Source: Rhodospirillaceae bacterium
GTDB lineage: Bacteria; Pseudomonadota; Alphaproteobacteria; UBA7887
Reading direction: 5' to 3'
DNA length: 64,000 nt
NCBI GenBank assembly: GCA_002728255.1
Contig: PBWV01000044.1
Span: 17,927 to 81,926, forward strand
The position numbers and the translations under genes are program-made. Below the pieces are notes generated by a model. That model was not told where the DNA came from. It ran no database searches and worked only from the letters and a program-made list of their open reading frames with translations. Below, one piece after another: positions 10,110-19,810 of the stretch. The number at the start of each line of letters is the position of its first letter. The first letter of the stretch is position 1.

Positions 10110-10153
10110 GGTAGCGGACATTTTCCTCTACTAGAGGGAGATGGTTCGCTACC
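10110..10153. terminator. Possible bidirectional hairpin between convergent hsp20 and the DUF1330 gene.
   Basis: GGTAGCG ... CGCTACC inverted repeat with a nested CCTCTA/TAGAGG palindrome. No clear U-tract. Confidence 0.25.
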
Positions 10154-10439
10154 CGACCCCCTCCACAATAACCACCTCTCCTTCAGACGCTTTCTGACGC
10201 AACTCTATCAGAGGTGCATATTCGGCCGAGGTATACCAACGTCTTGCAGCTTCTTGGGAATCAAACTCGATCACAACTAAACGAGTTCGGGCAAGGGCTC
10301 CTTCCAGATTATCCATTGACCCACCACGAACAATGTAGCGGCCACCATAACGCTTAACTACAGCCGCAACTTGTTCTCCATATTTCTTAAAAAGATCAGG
10401 ATCAGTTATGTCAATCTGGGCTATAACATATGCTGACAT
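10149..10439 (-). CDS. DUF1330 domain protein.
   Basis: MSAYVIAQIDITDPDLFKKYGEQVAAVVKRYGGRY and the VVIEFDSQEAARRWYTSAEY pattern characteristic of DUF1330. Confidence 0.55.
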   Translation of the reverse strand: MSAYVIAQIDITDPDLFKKYGEQVAAVVKRYGGRYIVRGGSMDNLEGALARTRLVVIEFDSQEAARRWYTSAEYAPLIELRQKASEGEVVIVEGVG

Positions 10440-10518
10440 TAGCCTTCTTCCTTTCTTACTAAACCCCTTAAAAACAGCTTTATCACTCCCTAGGATGAAC
10501 ATCCTCTCCAAATAACCA

Positions 10519-12273
10519 TTAGCTCAGAGCACTAGAGCTCAAACACTCAAAAACATCGCCACCATCAGGGGAGAGATTCAAAACATGCTTCCGGTGCCAA
10601 AGTGCAAAGAAAAGCAATATCCAGGCCGCCTGCCCTGCCCTTTTCCCGGGATTCTTAAATAATGGCACTATGGTTCCTGGCCTACATATCTCTTTCACTC
10701 CTGGCTGAGCCGCTACCAATTCGCCAAGATTATTACCACCGGCCGCCATCCATTCCCTAACGGGTACAGTGAACCCCTTCTTCTTCGAAAACGCCCCAGC
10801 CCGAGGTAAGCGCCTAGATAGCCACTTCCGTAAAAGCCATTTCCCTAGGCCCCGTTGAAGTTTGGCCTCATCAGGAAGCCTAAAGGCAAAATCGGCCAGC
10901 ACCGGATCTAGGAATGGCGTTCTTCCCTCCAAACCGTGCGCCATCAGACACCGGTCTAATTTCAACAAAAGGTCATTGGGCAACCAATTTGCAAAATCTC
11001 GAGCCTGAATTCTCTGGAGATTTGTGGAGAAAGGGCCCTCATTGAACTCCTCGGAGAATGAAAAATCTACCCCTTCTATAAGTACACCTAGCCTATTGAA
11101 GAATGATTTAGGGGACCCACGTCCCCCCAACCAACGGGGTCTTAATTCTCGTCTATACCGACCATAGCCACCAAATAATTCATCTCCACCCTCCCCCGAT
11201 AACACAACCTTGACATCTTTCGCAGCATGACGCGCCAGAATATATGTAGGAACAATCGCATAATCCGCACACGGATCGTCCAAAGCGGCCGCAATGTTTG
11301 GTAATTCTCTCCAAAAATCATCACACGTTATTCTAACTTCCGAATAGGAAGCACCCACCGATTCAGAAATATTTCGGGCATGTTTGGTCTCATCAGTCAC
11401 CGAACTAGCATCAAATCCAGCCGTGTAAGTGATGACCGGATGGTCCTTTCGCCGCACCATCTCAGCTAAAATGCAGGCACTGTCTATACCTCCTGAAAAA
11501 AATAACCCATACGGCACATCGGATCGCTGATGGAATTCAATGCTCTCTGCAAGCTCTCGGTCAAGATCCCGCTCTAACTCGCTCAACGAAGAAACTAAAA
11601 TCGGAGAAGTTGGCAGAGCATGGTTTTGGCGACGCTCGACAATCTTCCCTTTTTCGACCACTATGATTTCTCCTGGAGACACCCTTTTAACTTTTGGAAA
11701 TATGGTTTCCACCCCAGGCACAAATTGTTTATTCAAGAGCCTAGAAACCAGAACTTTGGATATCCTTCTTTCCGCACATCCAGCCTTTAGCAATGCCTGC
11801 AGTTCAGAGGCGAAAAAGAACCCTTCGCTATCTTCCACAAAGTACAAAGGCTTTATACCAAAAGGATCCCTCGCTAAGACCAATCTCGCCCTTTGCTTAT
11901 CGTAAATCGCAAAAGCATACATCCCTCGCAAACGATTAACAAAGTCGAGACCATATCGTGCATAGAGATGCAAGGGAGGCTCGCAATCAGACTTAGACTT
12001 TAACTTCACGTTATTCATCTCAGAGATTATCTCACGATAATTGTATATTTCGGCGTTACCAATTAAGTAGTTCTCTCCATTATCACACATCGGTTGCTGT
12101 CCAGTTTCTAGGTCAATTATGGAAAGACGCCTATGGGCTAGCCCTACATTATCGAACAAAACTTTTCCCTCGGAATCGGGCCCCCTGTGCTCAAGAGCCG
12201 AAGACATGATTTCCAACTGAATTACAGATGGCTTGAGACCTTCCCTCATCATCATTCCAGCTATTCCACACAT
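10519..12273 (-). CDS. Asparagine synthase (glutamine-hydrolysing) family amidotransferase, the last gene of a glycosyltransferase operon.
   Basis: N-terminal MCGIAG (Cys nucleophile of class-II glutamine amidotransferases) plus an AsnB synthetase domain with SGGIDS PP-loop. Confidence 0.8.
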   Translation of the reverse strand: MCGIAGMMMREGLKPSVIQLEIMSSALEHRGPDSEGKVLFDNVGLAHRRLSIIDLETGQQPMCDNGENYLIGNAEIYNYREIISEMNNVKLKSKSDCEPPLHLYARYGLDFVNRLRGMYAFAIYDKQRARLVLARDPFGIKPLYFVEDSEGFFFASELQALLKAGCAERRISKVLVSRLLNKQFVPGVETIFPKVKRVSPGEIIVVEKGKIVERRQNHALPTSPILVSSLSELERDLDRELAESIEFHQRSDVPYGLFFSGGIDSACILAEMVRRKDHPVITYTAGFDASSVTDETKHARNISESVGASYSEVRITCDDFWRELPNIAAALDDPCADYAIVPTYILARHAAKDVKVVLSGEGGDELFGGYGRYRRELRPRWLGGRGSPKSFFNRLGVLIEGVDFSFSEEFNEGPFSTNLQRIQARDFANWLPNDLLLKLDRCLMAHGLEGRTPFLDPVLADFAFRLPDEAKLQRGLGKWLLRKWLSRRLPRAGAFSKKKGFTVPVREWMAAGGNNLGELVAAQPGVKEICRPGTIVPLFKNPGKRAGQAAWILLFFALWHRKHVLNLSPDGGDVFECLSSSALS

Positions 12274-13301
12274 CACCGTCTCACCGACTCAAAAAACCGA
12301 AGATATTTTTTGACAACAACCTCCTCAGAAAAATTTTCTTGGTAGTTTCGCAACCCTTGTACCGAAAGCCTTGCACCCATATCACCATCAACCCTAGTTA
12401 CAGCATCGGCTATAGCTACGGGATTATTGACCTCACATAATAAACCATCCTTTTCATGTGAAATAAGTTCTCTTGGACCAGCTGATGCAGCCGCCACAAC
12501 TGGTACCTCATGGGCCCAGGATTCTATAATAACGTTCCCTAAGGGTTCCTTTCTGGATGGGCAAACCAAGACGTCTGCAGATGCTAGAAGAGAAGCAACA
12601 TCTCGTCTCCATCCCAAAAACCGAATCCGCTTTTCTATTCCAAGCTCTTTCGCCCGGACACGTAGAGACCTCTCCTCTGGCCCTGCTCCGGCTATCCAAA
12701 GCCAATGTTTTGGCAACATTTCCATGGATTCCAATAACACATCAAATGCTTTGTTAGCATGAAGCCGACCGAGACCTAAAACTAAGGGAACATCCTGCGG
12801 AGTGGCCAAGGTAGCTCTGTCTACCTCCTTAGATTTTTCTGGAGATACAAAATTTGGGAGATAATGCGTAGCGCTTTCTGGCCAACCTAGCTTACCAATA
12901 TACCCAACCATTCCCATAGTGTTACCAATGAGGTGATCACATTTTTCAAAATATTTAAGCTTATAATAGCCCCCCAACCGCGCCACATGAACTGGACCAC
13001 TTTCTGTCAAAGACCTAGAGCAGACCTCTGCCGCACGGCCCATCCAGCTCAACACCACATCCGGCTGCCATTCTCTAATTATTCTTCTCAAGGTGAACGG
13101 GGTCCGAAAATCCAGCCTTCGTCCAAAAGGAAGCAATTCCATATCCACTCCCTTTGCTTTCAATTCATTAACTCTATCGGGGTAAGCCCTGATAACTACT
13201 TTTTGACATATAGGCGTTTTTACAAATGCGGTGGCAAGCCTAACAAAAAACTCTTCTGCCCCACCCGTTTCGGCCCCACACATTACTTGCAAAACCTTCA
13301 C
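12273..13301 (-). CDS. Glycosyltransferase family 4 (group 1).
   Basis: GT-B fold; C-terminal EPLGNVIIESWAHEVPVV motif (EX7E-type). Confidence 0.7.
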   Translation of the reverse strand: MKVLQVMCGAETGGAEEFFVRLATAFVKTPICQKVVIRAYPDRVNELKAKGVDMELLPFGRRLDFRTPFTLRRIIREWQPDVVLSWMGRAAEVCSRSLTESGPVHVARLGGYYKLKYFEKCDHLIGNTMGMVGYIGKLGWPESATHYLPNFVSPEKSKEVDRATLATPQDVPLVLGLGRLHANKAFDVLLESMEMLPKHWLWIAGAGPEERSLRVRAKELGIEKRIRFLGWRRDVASLLASADVLVCPSRKEPLGNVIIESWAHEVPVVAAASAGPRELISHEKDGLLCEVNNPVAIADAVTRVDGDMGARLSVQGLRNYQENFSEEVVVKKYLRFFESVRR

Positions 13302-14101
13302 TGAAGACCACCCCGACGCCTCAAATCGACCTTAAGATGCGAAATTAGCGGATAAAGGGCCGACATTAGGGCAACTGCAAATCCCCAACGTCCTTCCCGA
13401 TAGCCCCGCCTTAAGAAATAACATTTGATAAACCTTCCCAACGATCGTCGAAGTGTCCAAATCATTGGAGGATTTTGCGCCTCCGAGGCCAACAAATCGG
13501 CCGCGCGCGCGTCGGTATAACGCTTGAGCCTCTCCAGCATATCGTTGAAGTCCTTGTCAACATAATGGCTGATCGGATTTTTTAACCAACGTTTTTCCCC
13601 CAACAAACTCAAAGACGGGTGAATACGCTGGCGTCCCCAACGCTTTGCGCCTCGACTAGAAAGACGCGGCGCTGCCATCACACCCCAAGATCCTCCCCAT
13701 CCATATTTCACTAGCTTATCCCCTATGTAATTATCAAAAGGGACTAGAAAATAACCCGGGTCCGCTCCATCGATCACTTCTCTGATTTCTAGTAATAATT
13801 CATCTGATACTCGCTCATCTGCATCAACCTCTAATACCCACTCACCGCGACAAGAGTCCAAACCCAAGTTACGTCTCTCTCCCTCGATATCCCAGGATCC
13901 CTCAATTAAAAAGTCTGTGTAACGATTAGCAATCTCTCTAGACTTATCAGTGCAGCCATCCAGAACTACTACCAATTCATCCGCTGCCACTAAACGAGAA
14001 AGGCAGTCAGCCAACTGCCTCTCCTCATTATGAACAACCACCAGTACGGACAAACTAATTTCACTCTTCATTTCTCGACAGCCCGCCTGTGCTGCCCCCA
14101 C
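13298..14101 (-). CDS. Glycosyltransferase family 2.
   Basis: LSVLVVVHNEERQLADCL ... VVVLDGCTDKS, a GT-A DXD-type N-terminus. Confidence 0.7.
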   Translation of the reverse strand: MGAAQAGCREMKSEISLSVLVVVHNEERQLADCLSRLVAADELVVVLDGCTDKSREIANRYTDFLIEGSWDIEGERRNLGLDSCRGEWVLEVDADERVSDELLLEIREVIDGADPGYFLVPFDNYIGDKLVKYGWGGSWGVMAAPRLSSRGAKRWGRQRIHPSLSLLGEKRWLKNPISHYVDKDFNDMLERLKRYTDARAADLLASEAQNPPMIWTLRRSLGRFIKCYFLRRGYREGRWGFAVALMSALYPLISHLKVDLRRRGGLQ

Positions 14102-15036
14102 AGAGTAATCGCAGCCTCTTCAACCTGATCCACACTCAAAGAAGACATCAAACTTCCGGTGTTACGATGATCGTAACCCGGTTCTCCTACTAATTCATCA
14201 TATGTTTTTGGAGTCCTGATCCAAGCGGATTTGGAGCCCCAAGGACCATAATGCGCTTCCTTACTGGGCCCAAATAATCCCAGGGTGGGGATACCAGAAG
14301 CTGCCGCCATATGCATCAACCCGGAATCGTTTCCGACAAACAACGAACTTCGTCTAAGTACCGCATAAGCCGTAAGAAGATCAATTTTTCCAACCAAATT
14401 TACACGTTTTTCCGCTGGAATTTTCTCTAGCACTATTTTGGAACGAGGCAGCTCTGCTTTGCTTCCCAAAATGACCACAGAGGCACCGGCAAGAATACCT
14501 CCGGGTTGGGTCAATCGAAAAGCCAACTCAGAAAATCTTTCAAGCTTCCATTCCTTTCCCTTCCAGTTGGCCATGGCCCCCAAGGCCAACACTTTTTGTT
14601 TCGGCTCAATAATTTTTTGGGCTGCCTCCTCTTGGCGATCAGAAGTCCACAGGAATGGAGATGGTGGCGATGACCGCATCCCCATCACGTCACCCAACTG
14701 CTGAACTCTGTGTATTGATGGATCAACCCGCCTCATAACGTACCGGCGCCGGGCAAACAACATTCTACTCACGGGAGAATTTCGTAGGTCCACTATAATA
14801 TCCCACTTAATACCTATACATATCTTCCACAGATCAAACCAATGAAGAGAGCAAACTTTCTTCTCCATGGCGACCAACTTTTTTAGACGAGGCATTTCCG
14901 AAAAAATTGGAGCAGCCGCTGGCCCACAGGCAATAGTGATATCTATGTTAGGATGTGATTGAATTAATTCCTTCAAAATACCAGTGGACAAAACTGCATC
15001 CCCTATCCGGGTAGAAGTGATGAAAAGTACCTTCAT
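14068..15036 (-). CDS. Glycosyltransferase family 9 (ADP-heptose:LPS heptosyltransferase-like).
   Basis: MKVLFITSTRIGDAVLSTGILKEL N-terminus and overall RfaF/WaaC-like architecture. Confidence 0.7.
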   Translation of the reverse strand: MKVLFITSTRIGDAVLSTGILKELIQSHPNIDITIACGPAAAPIFSEMPRLKKLVAMEKKVCSLHWFDLWKICIGIKWDIIVDLRNSPVSRMLFARRRYVMRRVDPSIHRVQQLGDVMGMRSSPPSPFLWTSDRQEEAAQKIIEPKQKVLALGAMANWKGKEWKLERFSELAFRLTQPGGILAGASVVILGSKAELPRSKIVLEKIPAEKRVNLVGKIDLLTAYAVLRRSSLFVGNDSGLMHMAAASGIPTLGLFGPSKEAHYGPWGSKSAWIRTPKTYDELVGEPGYDHRNTGSLMSSLSVDQVEEAAITLWGQHRRAVEK

Positions 15037-16118
15037 GAGAAAATCCGCTCTAGGTCGCTAGCCACATCATCCCAACTGCGCTTGGATTGCTCTTTCTTTG
15101 CAATCCTGCTCGCCTCCATAAAGAATTCATCATCATTTATTAGCCGGACAACCCGTTCCTTAAACACATCATCATCCACTGCGAGAAACCCTGTTTTATC
15201 ATTCAAAAGACGTTCCCCAACGCCCCCTAGATCACGACTTACCGCAGGAAGGCCTGAAGACTGACTATCACCTAGTGTAGGGCACACAAGATCCCGAGGA
15301 TCGCCTGGATACAAATGAGCCCTTGCAGCCCTGTAGACTTCTACCATCCGGATATCCGGAATCGGTTCAAAAATTTTGACACTAGAGTTGTGATTTTGCC
15401 CGGCCAACTGCAAAATTTCAGTTACCACCGGGTCCGGGACCTGGGTTCTTAACCCTCTAGACAACAGCGAGGAATAAACATGAAGTTCGGCATCAGGCAC
15501 CTGATTAGATATTTGCTCAAACCAAAGTCGCACCAACCAGCTCATTCCATTTCTGGGATGGGTTGTTACAACCACGCGTTTAGGAGAACTTGATGCCATT
15601 CCTCTTGATAATCTATAGCAGTCAAGGGTCGCAGGTGGAAGCATCTCAGCAGATCTTAACTGCAAAGAGTGCGGCACGGTGGAACTCTGACAAAGTGTCT
15701 GCAATAATAATATTGGCTGCCTGCTGTTCATCGCCTTCAAAGGATCTGGTTTTGCCAGATATCCTGCATGACCACCCACCCAAAGTGCTGCTTTTTCCGC
15801 TCTGGGCACATAAGACAAGAGAGTCGGCTTCCGATGTGCTATCAACCAGTCAGAGTATGTTGCTTTGCATGTTTCAATCGGCTGCCAACTCACTCCCTCA
15901 ACAACCACCCCTGACAAACATCGATTGAAAACTCGAACCGTGTGGCCACGTCTGGATAAGGCGGTGCTCAACGCCACCAATGCCTTCTCCCCGCCCCCAA
16001 TTGCCCGTTTGGAAGGACTTTGGCCATCAAAAGGCACCGAATCATCTAGGAAAGTAATCAACATCAAGTCACTTATACGATGTTCCTTGCGGTTCTGCCA
16101 AGCAAAGGCTGAAGGCAT
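15033..16118 (-). CDS. Glycosyltransferase family 4-like protein. The true start may be internal, around 16064.
   Basis: GGGEKALVALSTALSRRGHTVRVFN, an N-terminal GT-B glycine-rich motif. Overlaps the stop of the next gene by 4 nt. Confidence 0.55.
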   Translation of the reverse strand: MPSAFAWQNRKEHRISDLMLITFLDDSVPFDGQSPSKRAIGGGEKALVALSTALSRRGHTVRVFNRCLSGVVVEGVSWQPIETCKATYSDWLIAHRKPTLLSYVPRAEKAALWVGGHAGYLAKPDPLKAMNSRQPILLLQTLCQSSTVPHSLQLRSAEMLPPATLDCYRLSRGMASSSPKRVVVTTHPRNGMSWLVRLWFEQISNQVPDAELHVYSSLLSRGLRTQVPDPVVTEILQLAGQNHNSSVKIFEPIPDIRMVEVYRAARAHLYPGDPRDLVCPTLGDSQSSGLPAVSRDLGGVGERLLNDKTGFLAVDDDVFKERVVRLINDDEFFMEASRIAKKEQSKRSWDDVASDLERIFS

Positions 16119-16176
16119 AATTAGGAAGCCAAAGAAGAAGGTGTTATAATAACTTAGTGGCTTAAGGGCAGTTAAT

Positions 16177-17079
16177 ATGATTTTTTATGAGGTTTTATAC
16201 GATCGAGGGGTGGTAGCGGTTGAAGGTCCGGACGCACGAACTTTCCTTCAAGCTATGATCTCTAATGACGTTAATAATATTTCCCCTAGTACTTCAATTT
16301 ATGCCGCCATGTTGACGCCCCAAGGAAAATACCTTCACGATTTTGTGATTAGTCAAGTAGACCATAGGTTTCTTCTCGACACTGAACAAGGCCGCATATC
16401 GGACTTGGTTAACCGCCTTACCCTTTTTCGCCTTGGAGCAAAGGTTACAATCACGGCTATAAAGGAGGATACCCTGATAGCAGCCTTCTGGCGAAAAGCC
16501 AGCCCTCTCATTTTAGCCAGCGATCACAAACCCGGTCATACAACCACAATATCAGGTTGCTCCGTAGTATTAGATCCACGCCTTGCCGCGTTAGGATACA
16601 GAGTTATAGGAAGCAAACTTAATATAGAAAAATTTATCAGTCGCGAATTACCTGATTCTGCCACTAAGTCGAATTTTGATTCACACCGGTTGGAAAATGG
16701 AGTGCCAGACGGAAGTCGCGATATACAGGTAAACAAATCATTTCTTTTAGAGAGTAACTTTGAAGAGCTTAACGGAGTTGCTTTTGATAAGGGATGCTAT
16801 GTAGGGCAGGAAAATACCGCACGCCAAAAACACCGAGGCACAATCCGCCGAAGATTAGTAAAGGTAAATATTTCTGGTCCCGCTCCAGTAAATAATGAAA
16901 GAATTTTATGGAAGAACACGGAAATCGGCAAAATGAGATCTGTGAGAGATAACGTAGGAATGGCAACTATTCGCCTAGATCGTTGGACAGAAGCCAAAGC
17001 TCAAAATGCTGAATTCCGTGCAGGCTCCGCAATAGTGGTCCCCGTCCTCCCTAAGTGGATGGGCCTTGAAAATATGTAA
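16177..17079 (+). CDS. ygfZ: YgfZ/CAF17 family folate-binding protein (Fe-S cluster repair / tRNA modification).
   Basis: GcvT-like fold; VVAVEGPDARTFLQAMISNDV N-terminal motif. Confidence 0.65.
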   Translation: MIFYEVLYDRGVVAVEGPDARTFLQAMISNDVNNISPSTSIYAAMLTPQGKYLHDFVISQVDHRFLLDTEQGRISDLVNRLTLFRLGAKVTITAIKEDTLIAAFWRKASPLILASDHKPGHTTTISGCSVVLDPRLAALGYRVIGSKLNIEKFISRELPDSATKSNFDSHRLENGVPDGSRDIQVNKSFLLESNFEELNGVAFDKGCYVGQENTARQKHRGTIRRRLVKVNISGPAPVNNERILWKNTEIGKMRSVRDNVGMATIRLDRWTEAKAQNAEFRAGSAIVVPVLPKWMGLENM

Positions 17080-17114
17080 GCCATTGCCCTCAAGAACGGC
17101 AACATCGTTTTTCC

Positions 17115-19790
17115 CTAATCACCTTTAATAATTTCGCCGATCGACGTCTGGGCTGCAGCTAGTCTCGCGATAGGCACGCGGTACGCTGAACACGAAACGT
17201 AGTCCAAACCAATTTTATGACAAAAAGAAATAGAGCTAGGATCTCCCCCATGCTCGCCACATATACCTAGTTTGATATCCGGACGAGTTGTTCGACCGCG
17301 ATCCGTAGCTATTCGGATTAGCTCGCCAACTCCGTCCTCATCAATAGAAACAAATGGATCCTGCTCTACAATATTAGTCTCATGATATGTTGGAAGGAAA
17401 TGCCCTGAATCATCTCGGCTTATACCAAAGGTAGTCTGGGTTAAATCATTGGTGCCAAAACTAAAAAATTCTGCCTCCTTTGCCAGGGATCCTGCAAAAA
17501 GGCAAGCCCTCGGCAATTCCACCATTGTTCCAACTAAATAAGACAATTTCGTTTGAAGAGAATTCTCTATTTCCTTGGCTACAAGGTCAATCCGCGACCT
17601 AATAATCTTCAATTCAGCCTTGGTAGCAACCAGTGGGATCATTATTTCAAGATGGACTGGGTTCCCGCGCCTTTGCTTAACCTCCACCGCTGCCTCAAAA
17701 ATCGCCCGCGCCTGCATTTCATATATTTCCGGATGCGTTATTCCTAATCGGCAACCACGGTGACCTAACATAGGATTCAACTCGTGAAGTTGGGTAGCCC
17801 TGTTTCTTACAGCGACTTCCGTGCTGTCCGTTGACCTAGCAAACTCTGCGAATTCCGAATCAGTCTTAGGCAAGAATTCATGCAGCGGAGGATCTAACAA
17901 CCTTATAGTTACAGGCAATCCTTCCATAATCTCAAACAACTCTACAAAATCATTGCGCTGCATCGGTTGCACCTTTGCAAGTGCGCCTGACCTATCATGA
18001 CTATTCTTTGCCATTATCATTTCTCGCATGGCCGAAATTCTGGACGCATCGAAGAACATATGCTCCGTGCGACACAAACCTATCCCTTCTGCACCAAACT
18101 TTCGTGCAATAGCTGCATCTTCGGGTGTCTCAGCATTGGCCCTCACCTTAAGAGTCCGACACTCATCCACCCAAGCCATGAAAGTATCAAAATCTCCGCC
18201 CAGTTCGGGCTGGACTGTCGCAACTCGACCCTCCATGATCTCCCCAGTAGAACCATCTATAGTCATAGTTTCCCCAGATTTGATCGTTTTTCCTGCGACT
18301 ACTAGGGTCTTCGCAGAGTAATCTATTTGCACCTCACTGGCGCCACTTACGCAAGGACGCCCCATACCTCGAGCGACCACCGCCGCATGACTTGTCATAC
18401 CACCGCGAGCCGTTAAAATACCAACAGCCGCATGCATCCCGTGAATATCCTCTGGACTCGTTTCCACTCTGGCTAACAAGACTTTTTCACCAGCATGGGA
18501 CAGCCTCTCCGCCTCATCTGCCTCAAATACAAGCTTTCCAGTTGCCGCCCCTGGGGAGGCAGCCAAACCACGCGCGAGAACAACTCGTGAGGCGTCCGGG
18601 TCCAAAGTAGGATGCAATAATTGTTCCAGAGAAGAAGGTTCGATCCGCATCACTGCTTCCCGAGGCTCTATGAGCCCTTCTTTAGCCATAGCCACTGAAA
18701 CCTTAAGAGCTGCCTGTGCTGTTCTCTTTGCATTACGGGTCTGCAACATCCAAAGAAAACCCTTTTGAACAGTGAACTCAATATCTTGCATATCACGATA
18801 ATGGGCCTCTAGACTCGCACATACATTTTGCAGTTCCTGGTAAATCTCCGGCATGGCTTCCTCCATAGCCAAGCTTTCGACACCACCTCTCGACTTTTCC
18901 TTGAGGGTCAATGGCTGTGGTGTTCGTATACCAGCGACGACATCTTCCCCTTGGGCATTCACAAGGTATTCTCCATAAATTTCGTTATTGCCCGTGGAAG
19001 GGTCCCGCGTAAAGGCAACCCCAGTTGCACAGTCGTTCCCCATATTTCCGAAAACCATAGCTTGGACATTGACAGCCGTTCCCCAACTCTCTGGAATATT
19101 GTGCAACTTGCGATACGTTTTAGCTCGTTGGTTCATCCAACTACCAAACACAGCGCCAATGGCACCCCACAATTGCGCAAGCGGGTCTTGAGGAAATGGT
19201 TTTCCACATTGCCGTTCAATCTCAGCGGCATAGCTGGCTATTATTGCCTGCCAGTCTTCTGCCAGCATCTCAGTATCAAGGGATAAATTTCTCTGCTCTT
19301 TATAATCTTCTAATATATCCTCAAAATGATGATGGGCTACGCCTAACACAACGCTCCCGTACATTTGAATGAAGCGCCTGTAGCTGTCATAAGCAAACCG
19401 CCTATCCTTACTTTGCTCAGCCAAACCTTCGACTGTTTTATCATTTAGACCAAGGTTTAGTACGGTATCCATCATACCCGGCATAGAAGCTCTGCCGCCC
19501 GATCGTACAGATACTAAAAGTGGGTTTTCCGAGCTTCCAAATCTGGCCGAGACAGCATTTTCCACTTCTGAAAGAGCCGCTACTACCTGAGATTCAAGCC
19601 CTTCCGGATACTGCTCATTATTTTTATAAAAATTCGTGCATACTTCGGTGGTGATCGTAAAGCCGGGTGGAACAGGTAACCCTAAACTGCCCATTTCCGC
19701 TAGATTTGCACCTTTCCCGCCAAGAAGGTCGCGCATGCTCGCACTACCTTCTGCTGACCCCGAACTAAATGCATAGACCCACTTAATCAT
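17115..19790 (-). CDS. ppdK: Pyruvate, phosphate dikinase. The ORF extends to 19877; the start is probably the MIKWVY Met.
   Basis: GGKGANLAEM ATP-grasp motif, TARGGMTSHAAVVARG phosphohistidine region, and a PEP-utilising C-terminal domain. Confidence 0.9.
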   Translation of the reverse strand: MIKWVYAFSSGSAEGSASMRDLLGGKGANLAEMGSLGLPVPPGFTITTEVCTNFYKNNEQYPEGLESQVVAALSEVENAVSARFGSSENPLLVSVRSGGRASMPGMMDTVLNLGLNDKTVEGLAEQSKDRRFAYDSYRRFIQMYGSVVLGVAHHHFEDILEDYKEQRNLSLDTEMLAEDWQAIIASYAAEIERQCGKPFPQDPLAQLWGAIGAVFGSWMNQRAKTYRKLHNIPESWGTAVNVQAMVFGNMGNDCATGVAFTRDPSTGNNEIYGEYLVNAQGEDVVAGIRTPQPLTLKEKSRGGVESLAMEEAMPEIYQELQNVCASLEAHYRDMQDIEFTVQKGFLWMLQTRNAKRTAQAALKVSVAMAKEGLIEPREAVMRIEPSSLEQLLHPTLDPDASRVVLARGLAASPGAATGKLVFEADEAERLSHAGEKVLLARVETSPEDIHGMHAAVGILTARGGMTSHAAVVARGMGRPCVSGASEVQIDYSAKTLVVAGKTIKSGETMTIDGSTGEIMEGRVATVQPELGGDFDTFMAWVDECRTLKVRANAETPEDAAIARKFGAEGIGLCRTEHMFFDASRISAMREMIMAKNSHDRSGALAKVQPMQRNDFVELFEIMEGLPVTIRLLDPPLHEFLPKTDSEFAEFARSTDSTEVAVRNRATQLHELNPMLGHRGCRLGITHPEIYEMQARAIFEAAVEVKQRRGNPVHLEIMIPLVATKAELKIIRSRIDLVAKEIENSLQTKLSYLVGTMVELPRACLFAGSLAKEAEFFSFGTNDLTQTTFGISRDDSGHFLPTYHETNIVEQDPFVSIDEDGVGELIRIATDRGRTTRPDIKLGICGEHGGDPSSISFCHKIGLDYVSCSAYRVPIARLAAAQTSIGEIIKGD

Positions 19791-19810
19791 AGATTGCCCC
19801 ATACCCGAGC

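Noticed and set aside
17084-17111. Possible intrinsic terminator after ygfZ (TTGCC-N9-GGCAA followed by a TCGTTTTT run).
   Set aside because: Only a 5-bp stem and a weak U-tract, so it is not reported as a feature.
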